Source: Nemertoderma westbladi
Taxonomy: Eukaryota; Animalia; Xenacoelomorpha
DNA: 64,000 nt
Reading direction: 5' to 3'
Assembly (NCBI GenBank): GCA_032718475.1
Contig: JAUCBJ010007712.1
Location: 1-64,000 of the forward strand
Part shown: piece by piece, positions 36,813 through 52,200 of the stretch
How positions within the stretch are numbered: position 1 is the stretch's first letter
How the letters are laid out: the number at the start of each line of letters is the position of its first letter
Position numbers and translations under genes: made by a program
Notes under the pieces: generated by a model
What the model was told of the DNA's origin: nothing
Seen by the model: the letters and a program-made list of their open reading frames with translations, nothing else
Database searches by the model: none

Positions 36813-39800
36813 GCGTTAGGGGTTAGGGTTAAGCCCCAACACAATAAAAGTTAAAACAAAAAAAGTTAACCTTACTTAACCTAACATTATCCTTCTGTAT
36901 AGTACTGTATCTATGGATACTACTATTTGCTTATTGTCTCGCCCGTCTCGCACATTTAATTTATGACCTTTAATTAGAAGACCGTTAGGACTTCTTATAA
37001 TGTAAAAGTATTCACTATGTATGTATGTATGTATGTATGATGTATGTATGTATGTAAGTATATCATGTGAACTCCTCCGAAACTATAGCTCGTCCGTCAA
37101 TGAAAGTTATATCAATCGACGCAGCTCAACCCCAGGATGTGGAAAAAAAAGTTTTTAAAAATTATTAAAGTGTCTTTTTTTATATTTCCAAAAATAACCC
37201 CATAACACGAAAATTGCCATAGACTCAATGATAGAAACACCAGCTGCTGGTGCTCATGAGGGCCTAGTAAGCTACTACTATTGATTGAATGGATAGGCCC
37301 AACTGCAGAGATGTAAGGTTGTGCCATATTTAGTAACGTTGTGTTTACTCACTCACTCTATCCCAGACAAAAGCAAACATCAACGTTAGTTTTTTTATGT
37401 ATTTCCCCGCCAGCTGAATAGCTCTTCCCAATGAATCCTATGGGAATATCTATAATGTTACTAAATGTTTTATAGTTTAATAATAATGACATTTAGAGGG
37501 GCTGGAATTTCTCTCTCTCTCAGACTGCAAGCAAAGCTGTTCAATGGGGAGGGACCCAACTACATATAACGTTCGTCTTATAGCCAGTGTAAGAATTTCA
37601 GCTCTCTGGCCTGTGCATTTCCTTATAAAATTAGACAACAACATTCAATCAATTAATTTAAAATTGTCGATCTAAAACAATAAATTAATGTTTAATTTAT
37701 TATAATTAGAGACCGTTAGGGCTTCTTGCTGTCAAAAAACATGTTTGTTTGTTTGTCTGTGTATGTGCGTGCGTGCACGCACATTGATATTACTGGACGA
37801 TTATATTGACACCCCCACTCTCTACCTCCATTATATTATTAATCAAACCATTATTGAGAGAAAGCCCCCTCTGGTTTCGTAGAATATTATTATTATTAGG
37901 ATACATGCATATTATAGGCTTATATTAAATTGGTTGCTTTATAGTGATGCCGGGATTGGATATTGTTAAATATTTGTTCATCTTTTCGCTTCAGAAACGG
38001 AATTCAGATTTAGTTTTTTCGGTTTTGTTGTCTTATAGACGGTCTTCTTATAGCCAGCCAGCTTGCTCGTGGTTACTTGCAAAATAACGTGGAAAACACA
38101 CAAAATTATGTATTCCCTGCTGCTATGGAATACAGTCTTACACGTTAAACAATTATATACATACAGTAGCTTACTGCAAATTGGACGCACGCATTATGCA
38201 AACACGCTTTATTCAATAAAGCAGCACGCATTAATATAAATGGAAATAATACATTCTGGAATACGGTAATTGAAGTTGTTTCCATTATTGATAACTTTGC
38301 AGCGTTCCGTCCTATAGGCCGCAACGCTGCAAAGTAGTACTTTGCAGCATTACGAGTAATTCACCAGAACGCTGTTAAGTTGACATAATGTAACAACAAT
38401 TGTTTAAATATTGCTTATTTTAGAACATATTAATGTTTATTCGTTGGGCTCTCTTTTACGTTAGGACCTGACAACCGTTAGGATCCCCCACCACCCCCCC
38501 CCCCCCCCCCCATTTTTTAAACTAGCTGTTTGGTATTATCAAGAAGGATCTAGAACAAATAATTTTCAAGTAAAAGGATTGACACGTTTGTTTAATGCAT
38601 ATGGAAGGATTTAAATTTATGGTTTATTTAAAAAAGTACATTTAACTAGATTAATAATATTAATCAAGTAATTACTACATAAGATTAATTAGATTAACTA
38701 TATTCAATAAATCAATTTGTCAATTAGTTTTTCATGAATTATGATATTATTCCAGGATATGGTGTAAATGGTAGTCGATAACATCAATATGACAACCAAC
38801 GTAAAACTACACGGACGGGCGTTTCGATATCGAAATGTGAGTCTATCTTAACTTATATAAAGTTGACGGTTACTGTTCCAAAAGTGAACAATCGTCGCAA
38901 AGTGAACAATCGTCATAAAGTGAACAACAAATAGCCGAAACAACCATATTGTCCAATTATATAATAATTGAAGATTTGGGATCAGTTGGATTAATCGATA
39001 AATCTTTTTTCCTATGAATAAAAGTATACAATCAATTATTAATTTATAGTTTATAGTAGTCCTATGATGCTAACAAATAATGTAATCTATATTACAGTTC
39101 AGATATTCTAAAACGTCAGTCAGTGTCGCATTTTGGTTTATTAACTGACTATTTTATATTCGATAAAATAAGCAAACGTAAATAATTTTCGCGTTTTGGA
39201 TCCTAGGTATCGATTATGGTTCAGCTTAACCCCATCCGATTAATCCGACAACAATAGCTATATGAAAATATAGATTATCTACTGTAGCTAAACTGCTAAA
39301 CGACAACCAAACCAAGTCAGATAATCCAAACTAAGATACAGTATAAAGCGCTACGTCGAAGGTGTTTTAAACGTTTATTCTTTGGGACGCTATGGAAACC
39401 ATCCGGAATCCATCTTCTATAACAACAGTGTATGTTACCTACGAACCTGAGCGGAGTTATTTATAGGTATAAAATAAGTCAACAGGGATCATATGAATCC
39501 CTAATTACGACTTCCGGGATTTCGACTTTTTACTCGATTTGGATGTTTTATGAAATCTTGGACCAACCGCAGAAACCTTGAGACTCCGTGACCTAAAACA
39601 CAAACAACCAGGACAACTTTTAAACAACAACATTAAATGTTGTAGGATACCGAAATGAGCGTGGTTTCGGTAGGAGTAGATGGATAAACAACAGATTGAG
39701 AGAAATTCGTTCAGTTATGTTGAAATAATAAGCGTTTTATGTGGAAGTTTGGCTATATGGGTACACAGTATAGGATGCGTATCAGGATTACGAAATCTTG

Positions 39801-40269
39801 TTGTTTCTGAATGTAAATACATATTGGGTTCACCTTTTCCTCGCTTTCACAGTTGCTTGTTTCTTCTGGGTTACAACACCGTTATGGGGCCTAGCCGTTG
39901 TCGACAGTTTCTTCAATCCACTGCCAGATTTGTTCCCCCTACTGGAATCTTTGCATTGGTTGGTTTGTGGCGTTCGTTTCGTTTCAGAACGACGTGATGG
40001 TAATTTTGTCAACTTTATTGTTGGATTTTGCTCTTCTTTAACCCGATTTGGCTCTTTTACTCCAACAACTCTTTGTGAATACCTTTGTAAACGATATTAC
40101 TAAGCTATTATGTTACATTTTTATGAGTAATAATTATGTAGTTGTAGTAGTACATCTCAATTTCCAACACAACCATTCCATCAAAATTCATGAGACCAAT
40201 GAGTGACGTGATTAGTAATTGGTTCTTAACCAGAAACCCTCCCTGCATCAAATTGCTCGTAGCGGCATC

Positions 40270-43200
40270 CATAGCAACCTCGGGTTCCCATCTGCACTAA
40301 CTAACAGCCTTGGTTTCCCATCTGCACTAACTAACAACCTTGGTTTCCCATCTGCACTAACTAACAACATTGGTTTCCCATCTGCACTAACTAACAACCT
40401 TGATTTCCCATCTACACTAACAACCTTGGTTTCCCATCTGCATTAACAACCTTGGTTTCCCATCTTCATTAACAATCTTGGTTTCCCATCTGCACTAACC
40501 AACAACCTTGGTTTCCCATCTGCACTTACTAACAACCTTGGTTTCCCATCTGCACTAACTAACAACCTTGGTTTCCCATCTGCACTAACTAACAACATTG
40601 GTTTCCCATCTGCACTAACAACCTTGGTTTCCCATCTGCACTAACTAACAACATTGGTTTCCCATCTGCACTAACTAACAACATTGGTTTCCCATCTGCA
40701 CTAACTAACAACCTTGGTTTCCCATCTGCACTAACTAACAACCTTGGTTTCCCATCTGCACTAACTAACAACCTTGGTTTCCCATCTGCACTAACTAACA
40801 ACCTTGGTTTCCCATCTGCACTAACTAACAACCTTGGTTTCCCATCTGCACTAACTAACAACATTGGTTTCCCATCTGCATTAACAATCTTGGTTTCCCA
40901 TCTGCACTAACTAACAACCTTGGTTTCCCATCTGCACTAACTAACAACCTTGGTTTCCCGTCTGCACTAACTAACAACCTTGGTTTCCCATCTGCACTAA
41001 CTAACAACCTTGGTTTCCCATCTGCACTAACTAACAACCTTGGTTTCCCATCTGCACTAACTAACAACATTGGTTTCCCATCTGCATTAACAATCTTGGT
41101 TTCCCATCTGCACTAACTAACAACCTTGGTTTCCCATCTGCACTAACTAACAACCTTGGTTTCCCATCTGCACTAACTAACAACCTTGGTTTCCCGTCTG
41201 CACTAACTAACAACCTTGGTTTCCCATCTGCACTAACTAACAACCTTGGTTTCCCATCTGCACTAACTAACAACCTTGGTTTCCCATCTGCACTAACTAA
41301 CAACATTGGTTTCCCATCTGCATTAACAATCTTGGTTTCCCATCTGCACTAACTAACAACCTTGGTTTCCCATCTGCACTAACTAACAACCTTGGTTTCC
41401 CATCTGCACTAACTAACAACCTTGGTTTCCCATCTGCACTAACTAACAACCTTGGTTTCCCATCTGCACTAACTAACAACATTGGTTTCCCATCTGCACT
41501 AACTAACAACCTTGGTTTCCCATCTGCACTAACTAACAACCTTGGTTTCCCATCTGCACTAACTAACAACATTGGTTTCCCATCTGCATTAACAATCTTG
41601 GTTTCCCATCTGCACTAACTAACAACCTTGGTTTCCCATCTGCACTAACTAACAACCTTGGTTTCCCGTCTGCACTAACTAACAACCTTGGTTTCCCATC
41701 TGCACTAACTAACAACCTTGGTTTCCCATCTGCACTAACTAACAACCTTGGTTTCCCATCTGCACTAACTAACAACATTGGTTTCCCATCTGCATTAACA
41801 ATCTTGGTTTCCCATCTGCACTAACTAACAACCTTGGTTTCCCATCTGCACTAACTAACAACCTTGGTTTCCCATCTGCACTAACTAACAACCTTGGTTT
41901 CCCATCTGCACTAACTAACAACCTTGGTTTCCCATCTGCACTAACTAACAACATTGGTTTCCCATCTGCACTAACTAACAACCTTGGTTTCCCATCTACA
42001 CTAACAACCTTGGTTTCCCATCTGCATTAACAACCTTGGTTTCCCATCTGCACTAACTAACAACCTTGGTTTCCCATCTGCACTAACTAACAACCATGGT
42101 TTCCCATCTGCACTAACTAACAACCTTGGTTTCCCATCTGCACTAACAACCTTGGTTTCCCATCTGCACTAACTAACAACCTTGGTTTCCCATCTGCACT
42201 AACAAACAACATTGGTTTCCCATCTGCACTAACAACCTTGGTTTCCCATCTGCACTAACTAACAACCTTGGTTTCCCATCTGCACTAACTAACAACCTTG
42301 GTTTCCCATCTGCACTAACTAACAACCTTGTTTCCCATCTGCATTAACAACCTTGGTTTCCCATCTGCATTAACAACATTGATTTCCCATCTACACTAAC
42401 TAACAACCTTGGTTTCCCATCTACACTAACTAACAACCTTGGTTTCCCATCTACACTAACTAACAACCTTGGTTTCCCATCTACACTAACTAACAACATT
42501 GGTTTCCCATCTGCACTAACAACCTTGGTTTCCCATCTGCACTAACAACCTTGGTTTCCCATCTGCACTAACTAACAACATTAGTTTCCCATCTGCACTA
42601 ACTAACAACCTTGGTTTCCCATCTGCACTAACTAACAACATTGGTTTCCCATCTGCACTAACTAACAACCTTGGTTTCCCATCTGCACTAACTAACAACA
42701 TTGGTTTCCCATCTGAACTAACTAACAACATTGGTCTCCCATCAACACTAACTAACAACCTTGATTTCCTATTTGCACTAACTTGCACTAACTGACTACC
42801 TTGGTTTCCCATCTGAACTAACTAACAACCATGGTTTCCCCATCTGCACTAACTAACAACCTTGGTTTCCCATCTGCACTAACAACCTTGGTTTCCCATC
42901 TGCACTAACTAACAACCTTGGTTTCCCATCTGCACTAACTAACAACATTGGTTTCCCATCTGCACTAACAACCTTGGTTTCCCATCTGCACTAACTAACA
43001 ACCTTGGTTTCCCATCTGCACTAACTAACAACCTTGGTTTCCCATCTGCACTAACTAACAACATTAGTTTCCCATCTGCACTAACTAACAACCTTGGTTT
43101 CCCATCTGCACTAACTAACAACCTTGGTTTCCCATCTGCACTAACTAACAACCTTGGTTTCCCATCTGCACTAACCAACAACCTTGGTTTCCCATCTGCA

Positions 43201-46200
43201 CTAACTAACAACATTGGTTTCCCATCTGCACTAACTAACAACATTGGTTTCCCATCTGCACTAACAACCTTGGTTTCCCATCTGCACTAACTAACAACCT
43301 TGGTTTTCCATCTGCACTAACTAACAACTTTGGTTTCCCATCTGCACTAACTAACAACCTTGGTTTCCCATCTGCACTAACTAACAACCTTGGTTTCCCA
43401 TCTACACTAACAACATTGGTTTCCCATCTACACTAACAACCTTGGTTTCCCATCTGCATTAACAACATTGATTTCCCATCTACACTAAGTAACAACCTTG
43501 GTTACCCATCTACACTAACAACCTTGGTTTCCCATCTGCATTAACGACATTGATTTCCCATCTACACTAAGTAACAACCTTGGTTTCCCATCTACACTAA
43601 CTAACAACCTTGGTTTCCCATCTGCACTAACTAACAACCTTGGTTTCCCATCTGCACTTACTAACAACCTTGGTTTCCCATCTGCACTAACTAACAACCT
43701 TGGTTTCCCATCTGCACTAACTAACAACCTTGGTTTCCCATCTGCACTAACTAACAATCTTGGTTTCCCATCTGCACTAACAACCTGGGTTTCCTATCTG
43801 CACTAACTAACAACATTGGTTTCCCATCTGAACTAACTAACAACATTGGTTTCCCATCTGCCTAACTAACAATCTTGGTTTCCCTTCTGCACTAACAACC
43901 TTGGTTTCCCATCTGCACTAACTAACAATCTTGGTTTCCCATCTGCACTAACAACCTTGGTTTCCCATCTGCACTAACTAACAACATTGATTTCCCATCT
44001 GAACTAACTAACAACATTGGTTTCCCATCTGCGCTAACAACCTTGGTTTCCCATCTACACTAACTAACAACCTTGGTTTCCCATCTGCTCTAACTAACAA
44101 CATTGGTCTCCCATCTACACTAACTAACAACCTTGGTTTCCCATCTGCTCTAACTAACAACATTGGTCTCCCATCTACACTAACTAACAACCTTGGTTTC
44201 CCATCTGCACTAACTAACAACATTGGTTTCCCATCTGAACTAACTAACAACATTGGTTTCCCATCTGCACTAACTAACAACATTGGTTTCCCATCAGAAC
44301 TAACTAACAACATTGGTTTCCCATCTGCACTAACTAACAACATTGGTTTCCCATCTGCGCTAACAACCTTGGTTTCCCATCTGCACTAACTAACAACCTT
44401 GGTCTCCCATCTGCTCTAACTAACAACATTGGTCTCCCATCTACACTAACTAACAACCTTGGTTTCCCATCTGCACTAACTAACAACCTTGGTTTCCCAT
44501 CTGCACTAACAACCTTGGTTTCCCATCTGCTCTAACTAACAACATTGGTCTCCCATCTACACTAACTAACAACCTTGGTTTCCCATCTGCACTAACTAAC
44601 AACCTTGGTTTCCCATCTGCACTAACAACCTTGGTTTCCCATCTGCACTAACTAACAACCTTGGTCTCCCATCTGCTCTAACTAATAACATTGGTCTCCC
44701 ATCTACACTAACTAACAACCTTGGTTTCCCATCTGCACTAACTAACAACCTTGGTTTCCCATCTGCACTAACAACCTTGGTTTCCCATCTGCACTAACTA
44801 ACAACATTGGTTTCCCATCTGCACTAACTAACAACATTGGTTTCCCATCTGCGCTAACAACCTTGGTTTCCCATCTGCACTAACTAACAACCTTGGTTTC
44901 CCATCTGCTCTAACTAACAACCTTGGTTTCCCATCTGCACTAACTAACAACATTGGTTTCCCATCTGCACTAACTAACAACCTTGGTTTCCCATCTGCAC
45001 TAACTAATAACATTGGTTTCCCATCTGCACTAACAACCTTGGTTTCCCATCTGCATTAACAACATTGATTTCCCATCTACACTAAGTAACAACCTTGGTT
45101 TCCCATCTACACTAACTAACAACCTTGGTTTCCCATCTGCACTAACTAACAACCTTGGTTTCCCATCTGCACTTACTAACAACCTTGGTTTCCCATCTGC
45201 ACTAACTAACAACCTTGGTTTCCCATCTGCACTAACTAACAACCTTGGTTTCCCATCTGCACTAACTAACAACCTTGGTTTCCCATCTGCACTAACTTAC
45301 AACCTTGGTTTCCCATCTGCACTAACTAACAATCTTGGTTTCCCATCTGCACTAACAACCTGGGTTTCCTATCTGCACTAACTAACAACATTGGTTTCCC
45401 ATCTACACTAACAACCTTGGTTTCCCATCTGCATTAACGACATTGATTTCCCATCTACACTAAGTAACAACCTTGGTTTCCCATCTACACTAACTAACAA
45501 CCTTGGTTTCCCATCTGCACTAACTAACAACCTTGGTTTCCCATCTGCACTTACTAACAACCTTGGTTTCCCATCTGCACTAACTAACAACCTTGGTTTC
45601 CCATCTGCACTAACTTACAACCTTGGTTTCCCATCTGCACTAACTAACAATCTTGGTTTCCCATCTGCACTAACAACCTGGGTTTCCTATCTGCACTAAC
45701 TAACAACATTGGTTTCCCATCTGAACTAACTAACAACATTGGTTTCCCATCTGCCTAACTAACAATCTTGGTTTCCCTTCTGCACTAACAACCTTGGTTT
45801 CCCATCTGCACTAACTAACAATCTTGGTTTCCCATCTGCACTAACAACCTTGGTTTCCCATCTGCACTAACTAACAACATTGATTTCCCATCTGAACTAA
45901 CTAACAACATTGGTTTCCCATCTGCACTAACTAACAACATTGGTTTCCCATCTGCGCTAACAACCTTGGTTTCCCATCTACACTAACTAACAACCTTGGT
46001 TTCCCATCTGCTCTAACTAACAACATTGGTCTCCCATCTACACTAACTAACAACCTTGGTTTCCCATCTGCTCTAACTAACAACATTGGTCTCCCATCTA
46101 CACTAACTAACAACCTTGGTTTCCCATCTGCACTAACTAACAACATTGGTTTCCCATCTGAACTAACTAACAACATTGGTTTCCCATCTGCACTAACTAA

Positions 46201-49200
46201 CAACATTGGTTTCCCATCTGAACTAACTAACAACATTGGTTTCCCATCTGCACTAACTAACAACATTGGTTTCCCATCTGCGCTAACAACCTTGGTTTCC
46301 CATCTGCACTAACTAACAACCTTGGTCTCCCATCTGCTCTAACTAACAACATTGGTCTCCCATCTACACTAACTAACAACCTTGGTTTCCCATCTGCACT
46401 AACTAACAACCTTGGTTTCCCATCTGCACTAACAACCTTGGTTTCCCATCTGCACTAACTAACAACATTGGTTTCCCATCTGCACTAACTAACAACATTG
46501 GTTTCCCATCTGCGCTAACAACCTTGGTTTCCCATCTGCACTAACTAACAACCTTGGTTTCCCATCTGCTCTAACTAACAACCTTGGTTTCCCATCTGCA
46601 CTAACTAACAACATTGGTTTCCCATCTGCACTAACTAACAACCTTGGTTTCCCATCTGCACTAACTAATAACATTGGTTTCCCATCTGCACTAACAACCT
46701 TGGTTTCCCATCTGCACTAACTAACAACATTGGTTTCCCATCTGCACTAACAACCTTGGTTTCCCATCTGCACTAACTAACAACCTTGGTTTCCCATCTG
46801 CACTAACTAACAACATTGGTTTCCCATCTGCACTAACAACCTTGGTTTCCCATCTGCACTAACTAACAACCTTGGTTTTCTATCTGCACTTACTAACAAC
46901 ATTGGTTTCCCATCTGCACTAACTAACAACCTTGGTTTCCCATCTGCACTAACTAACAACATTGGTTTCCCATCTGCACTAACAACCTTGGTTTCCCATC
47001 TGCACTAACTAACAACATTGGTTTCCCATCTGCACTAACAACCTTGGTTACCCATCTGCACTAACTAACAACCTTGGTTTCCCATCTGCACTAACTAACA
47101 ACTTTGGTTTCCCATCTGCACTAACTAACAACATTGGTTTCCCATCTGCACTAACTAACAACCTTGGTTTCCCATCTGCACTAACTAACAACATTGGTTT
47201 CCCATCTGCACTAACAACCTTGGTTTCCCATCTGCACTAACTAACAACATTGGTTTCCCATCTGCACTAACAACCTTGGTTTCCCATCTGCACTAACAAC
47301 CTTGGTTTCCCATCTGCACTAACTAACAACCTTGGTTTCCCATCTGAACTAACTAACAACATTGGATTCCCATCTGCACTAACTAACAACCTTGGTTTCC
47401 CATCTGCACTAACTAACAACATTGGTTTCCCATCTGCACTAACAACCTTGGTTTCCCATCTGCACTAACTAACAACATTGGTTTCCCATCTGCACTAACA
47501 ACCTTGGTTTCCCATCTGCACTAACTAACAACCTTGGTTTCCCATCTGCACTAACTAACAACATTGGTTTCCCATCTGCACTAACTAACAACCTTGGTTT
47601 CCCATCTGCACTAACTAACAACATTGGTTTCCCATCTGCACTAACAACCTTGGTTTCCCATCTGCACTAACTAACAACATTGGTTTCCCATCTGCACTAA
47701 CTAACAACATTGGTTTCCCATCTGCACTAACTAACAACCTTGGTTTCCCATCTGCACTAACTAACAACATTGGTTTCCCATCTGCACTAACTAACAACCT
47801 TGGTTTCCCATCTGCACTAACTAACAACATTGGTTTCCCATCTGCACTAACAACCTTGGTTTCCCATCTGCACTAACTAACAACCTTGGTTTCCCATCTG
47901 CACTAACTAACAACATTGGTTTCCCATCTGCACTAACTAACAACCTTGGTTTCCCATCTGCACTAACTAACAACATTGGTTTCCCATCTGCACTAACAAC
48001 CTTGGTTTCCCATCTGCACTAACTAACAACATTGGTTTCCCATCTGCACTAACAACCTTGGTTTCCCATCTGCACTAACTAACAACCTTGGTTTCCCATC
48101 TGCACTAACTAACAACATTGGTTTCCCATCTGCACTAACAACCTTGGTTTCCCATCTGCACTAACTAACAACCTTGGTTTTCCATCTGCACTTACTAACA
48201 ACATTGGTTTCCCATCTGCACTAACTAACAACCTTGGTTTCCCATCTGCACTAACTAACAACATTGGTTTCCCATCTGCACTAACAACCTTGGTTTCCCA
48301 TCTGCACTAACTAACAACATTGGTTTCCCATCTGCACTAACAACCTTGGTTTCCCATCTGCACTAACTAACAACCTTGGTTTCCCATCTGCACTAACTAA
48401 CAACTTTGGTTTCCAATCTGCACTAACTAACAACATTGGTTTCCCATCTGCACTAACTAACAACCTTGGTTTCCCATCTGCACTAACTAACAACATTGGT
48501 TTCCCATCTGCACTAACAACCTTGGTTTCCCATCTGCACTAACTAACAACATTGGTTTCCCATCTGCACTAACAACCTTGGTTTCCCATCTGCACTAACA
48601 ACCTTGGTTTCCCATCTGCACTAACTAACAACCTTGGTTTCCCATCTGCACTAACAACCTTGGTTTCCCATCTGCACTAACTAACAACCTTGGTTTCCCA
48701 TCTGCACTATCTAACAACCTTGGTTTCCCATCTGCCCTATCTAACAACCTTGGTTTCCCATCTGAACTAACTAACAACATTGGATTTCCATCTGCACTAA
48801 CTAACAACCTTGGTTTCCCATCTGCACTAACTAACAACATTGGTTTCCCATCTGCACTAACAACCTTGGTTTCCCATCTGCACTAACTAACAACATTGGT
48901 TTCCCATCTGCACTAACAACCTTGGTTTCCCATCTGCACTAACTAACAACCATGGTTTCCCATCTGCACTAACAACCTTGGTTTCCCATCTGCACTAACT
49001 AACAACCATGGTTTCCCATCTGCACTAACTAACAACATTGGTTTCCCATCTGCACTAACTAACAACCTTGGTTTCCCATCTGCACTAACTAACAACATTG
49101 GTTTCCCATCTGCACTAACAACCTTGGTTTCCCATCTGCACTAACTAACAACATTGGTTTCCCATCTGCACTAACAACCTTGGTTTCCCATCTGCACTAA

Positions 49201-52200
49201 CTAACAACCTTGGTTTCCCATCTGCACTAACTAACAACTTTGGTTTCCAATCTGCACTAACTAACAACATTGGTTTCCCATCTGCACTAACTAACAACCT
49301 TGGTTTCCCATCTGCACTAACTAACAACATTGGTTTCCCATCTGCATTAACAACCTTGGTTTCCCATCTGCACTAACAAACAACATTGGTTTCCCATCTG
49401 CACTAACAACCTTGGTTTCCCATCTGCACTAACTAACAACCTTGGTTTCCCATCTGCACTAACTAACAACATTGGTTTCCCATCTGCACTAACAACCTTG
49501 GTTTCCCATCTGCACTAACTAACAACATTGGTTTCCCATCTGCACTAACAACCTTGGTTTCCCATCTGCACTAGCTAACAACCTTGATTTCCCATCTGCA
49601 CTAACTAACAACCTTGGTTTCCCATCTGCACTAACTAACAACATTGGTTTCCCATCTGCACTAACTAACAACCTTGGTTTCCCATCTTCACTAACTAACA
49701 ACCTTGGTTTCCCATCTGCACTGCACTAACTAACAACCTTGGTTTCCCATCTGCACTAACTAACAACATTGGTTCCCCATCTGCACTAACAACCTTGGTT
49801 TCCCATCTGCACTAACTAACAACATTGGTTTCCCATCTGCACTAACAACCTTGGTTTCCATTCTGCACTAACTAACAACCTTGGTTTTCCATCTGCACTT
49901 ACTAACAACATTGGTTTCCCATCTGCACTAACTAACAACCTTGGTTTCCCATCTGCACTAACTAACAACATTGGTTTCCCATCTGCACTAACAACCTTGT
50001 TTTCCCATCTGCACTAACTAACAACATTGGTTTCCCATCTGCACTAACAACCTTGGTTTCCCATCTGCACTAACTAACATCCTTGGTTTCCCATCTGCAC
50101 TAACTAACAACTTTGGTTTCCCATCTGCACTAACTAACAACATTGGTTTCCCATCTGCACTAACTAACAACCTTGGTTTCCCATCTGCACTAACTAACAA
50201 CATTGGTTTCCCATCTGCACTAACAACCTTGGTTTCCCATCTGCACTAACTAACAACATTGGTTTCCCATCTGCACTAACAACCTTGGTTTCCCATCTGC
50301 ACTAACAACCTTGGTTTCCCATCTGCACTAACTAACAACCTTGGTTTCCCATCTGAACTAACTAACAACATTGGATTCCCATCTGCACTAACTAACAACC
50401 TTGGTTTCCCATCTGCACTAACTAACAACATTGGTTTCCCATCTGCACTAACAACCTTGGTTTCCCATCTGCACTAACTAACAACCTTGGTTTCCCATCT
50501 GCACTAACAACCTTGGTTTCCCATCTGCACTAACTAACAACCTTGGTTTCCCATCTGCACTATCTAACAACCTTGGTTTCCCATCTGCACTATCTAACAA
50601 CCTTGGTTTCCCATCTGCACTAACTAACAACCTTGGTTTCCCATCTGCACTAACAACCTTGGTTTCCCATCTGCACTAACTAACAACATTGATTTCCCGT
50701 CTGAACTAACTAACAACATTGGTTTCCCATCTGCACTAACTAACAACATTGGTTTCCCATCTGCGCTAACAACCTTGGTTTCCCATCTACACTAACTAAC
50801 AACCTTGGTTTCCCATCTGCTCTAACTAACAACATTGGTCTCCCATCAACTGCACTAACAACCTTGGTTTCCCATCTGCACTAACTAACAACCTTGGTTT
50901 CCCATCTGCACTAACTAACAACATTGGTTTCCCATCTGCACTAACAACCTTGGTTTCCCATCTGCACTAACTAACAACCTTGGTTTCCCATCTGCACTAA
51001 CTAACAACCTTGGTTTCCCATCCATCTGCACTAACTAACAACATTGGTTTCCCATCTGCACTAACTAACAACCTTGGTTTCCCATCTTCACTAACTAACA
51101 ACCTTGGTTTCCCATCTGCACTGCACTAACTAACAACCTTGGTTTCTCATCTGCACTAACTAACAACATTGGTTTCCCATCTGCATTAACAACCTTGGTT
51201 TCCCATCTGCACTAACTAACAACATTGGTTTCCCATCTGCACTAACAACCTTGGTTTCCCATCTGCACTAACTAACAACCTTGGTTTCCCATCTGCACTA
51301 ACTAACAACATTGGTTTCCCATCTGCACTAACAACCTTGGTTTCCCATCTGCACTAACTAACAACATTGGTTTCCCATCTGCACTAACAACCTTGGTTTC
51401 CCATCTGCACTAGCTAACAACCTTGGTTTCCCATCTGCACTAACTAACAACCTTGGTTTCCCATCTGCACTAACTAACAACATTGGTTTCCCATCTGCAC
51501 TAACTAACAACCTTGGTTTCCCATCTTCACTAACTAACAACCTTGGTTTCCCATCTGCACTGCACTAACTAACAACCTTGGTTTCCCATCTGCACTAACT
51601 AACAACATTGGTTTCCCATCTGCACTAACAACCTTGGTTTCCCATCTGCACTAACTAACAACATTGGTTTCCCATCTGCACTAACAACCTTGGTTTCCCA
51701 TCTGCACTAACTAACAACCTTGGTTTCCCATCTGCACTAACTAACAACTTTGGTTTCCCATCTGCACTAACTAACAACATTGGTTTCCCATCTGCACTAA
51801 CTAACAACCTTGGTTTCCCATCTGCACTAACTAACAACCTTGGTTTCCCATCTGCACTAACTAACAACCTTGGTTTCCCATCTGCACTAACTAACAACCT
51901 TGGTTTCCCATCTGCACTAACAACCTTGGTTTCCCATCTGCACTAACTAACAACATTGGTTTCCCATCTGCACTAACAACCTTGGTTTCCCATCTGCACT
52001 AACAACCTTGGTTTCCCATCTGCACTAACTAACAACATTGGTTTCCCATCTGCACTAACAACCTTGGTTTCCCATCTGCACTAACAACCTTGGTTTCCCA
52101 TCTGCACTAACTAACAACCTTGGTTTCCCATCTGAACTAACTAACAACATTGGATTCCCATCTGCACTAACTAACAACCTTGGTTTCCCATCTGCACTAA

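Noticed and set aside
36013-36854. ORFs in six frames over the 39-bp repeat
   Set aside because: A stop-free GC-rich unit explains them; 37-bp variants shift the frame
39680-40103. Hydrophobic plus ORFs and a Lys/Arg-rich minus frame
   Set aside because: No recognisable domain, weak splice signals and no partner exons
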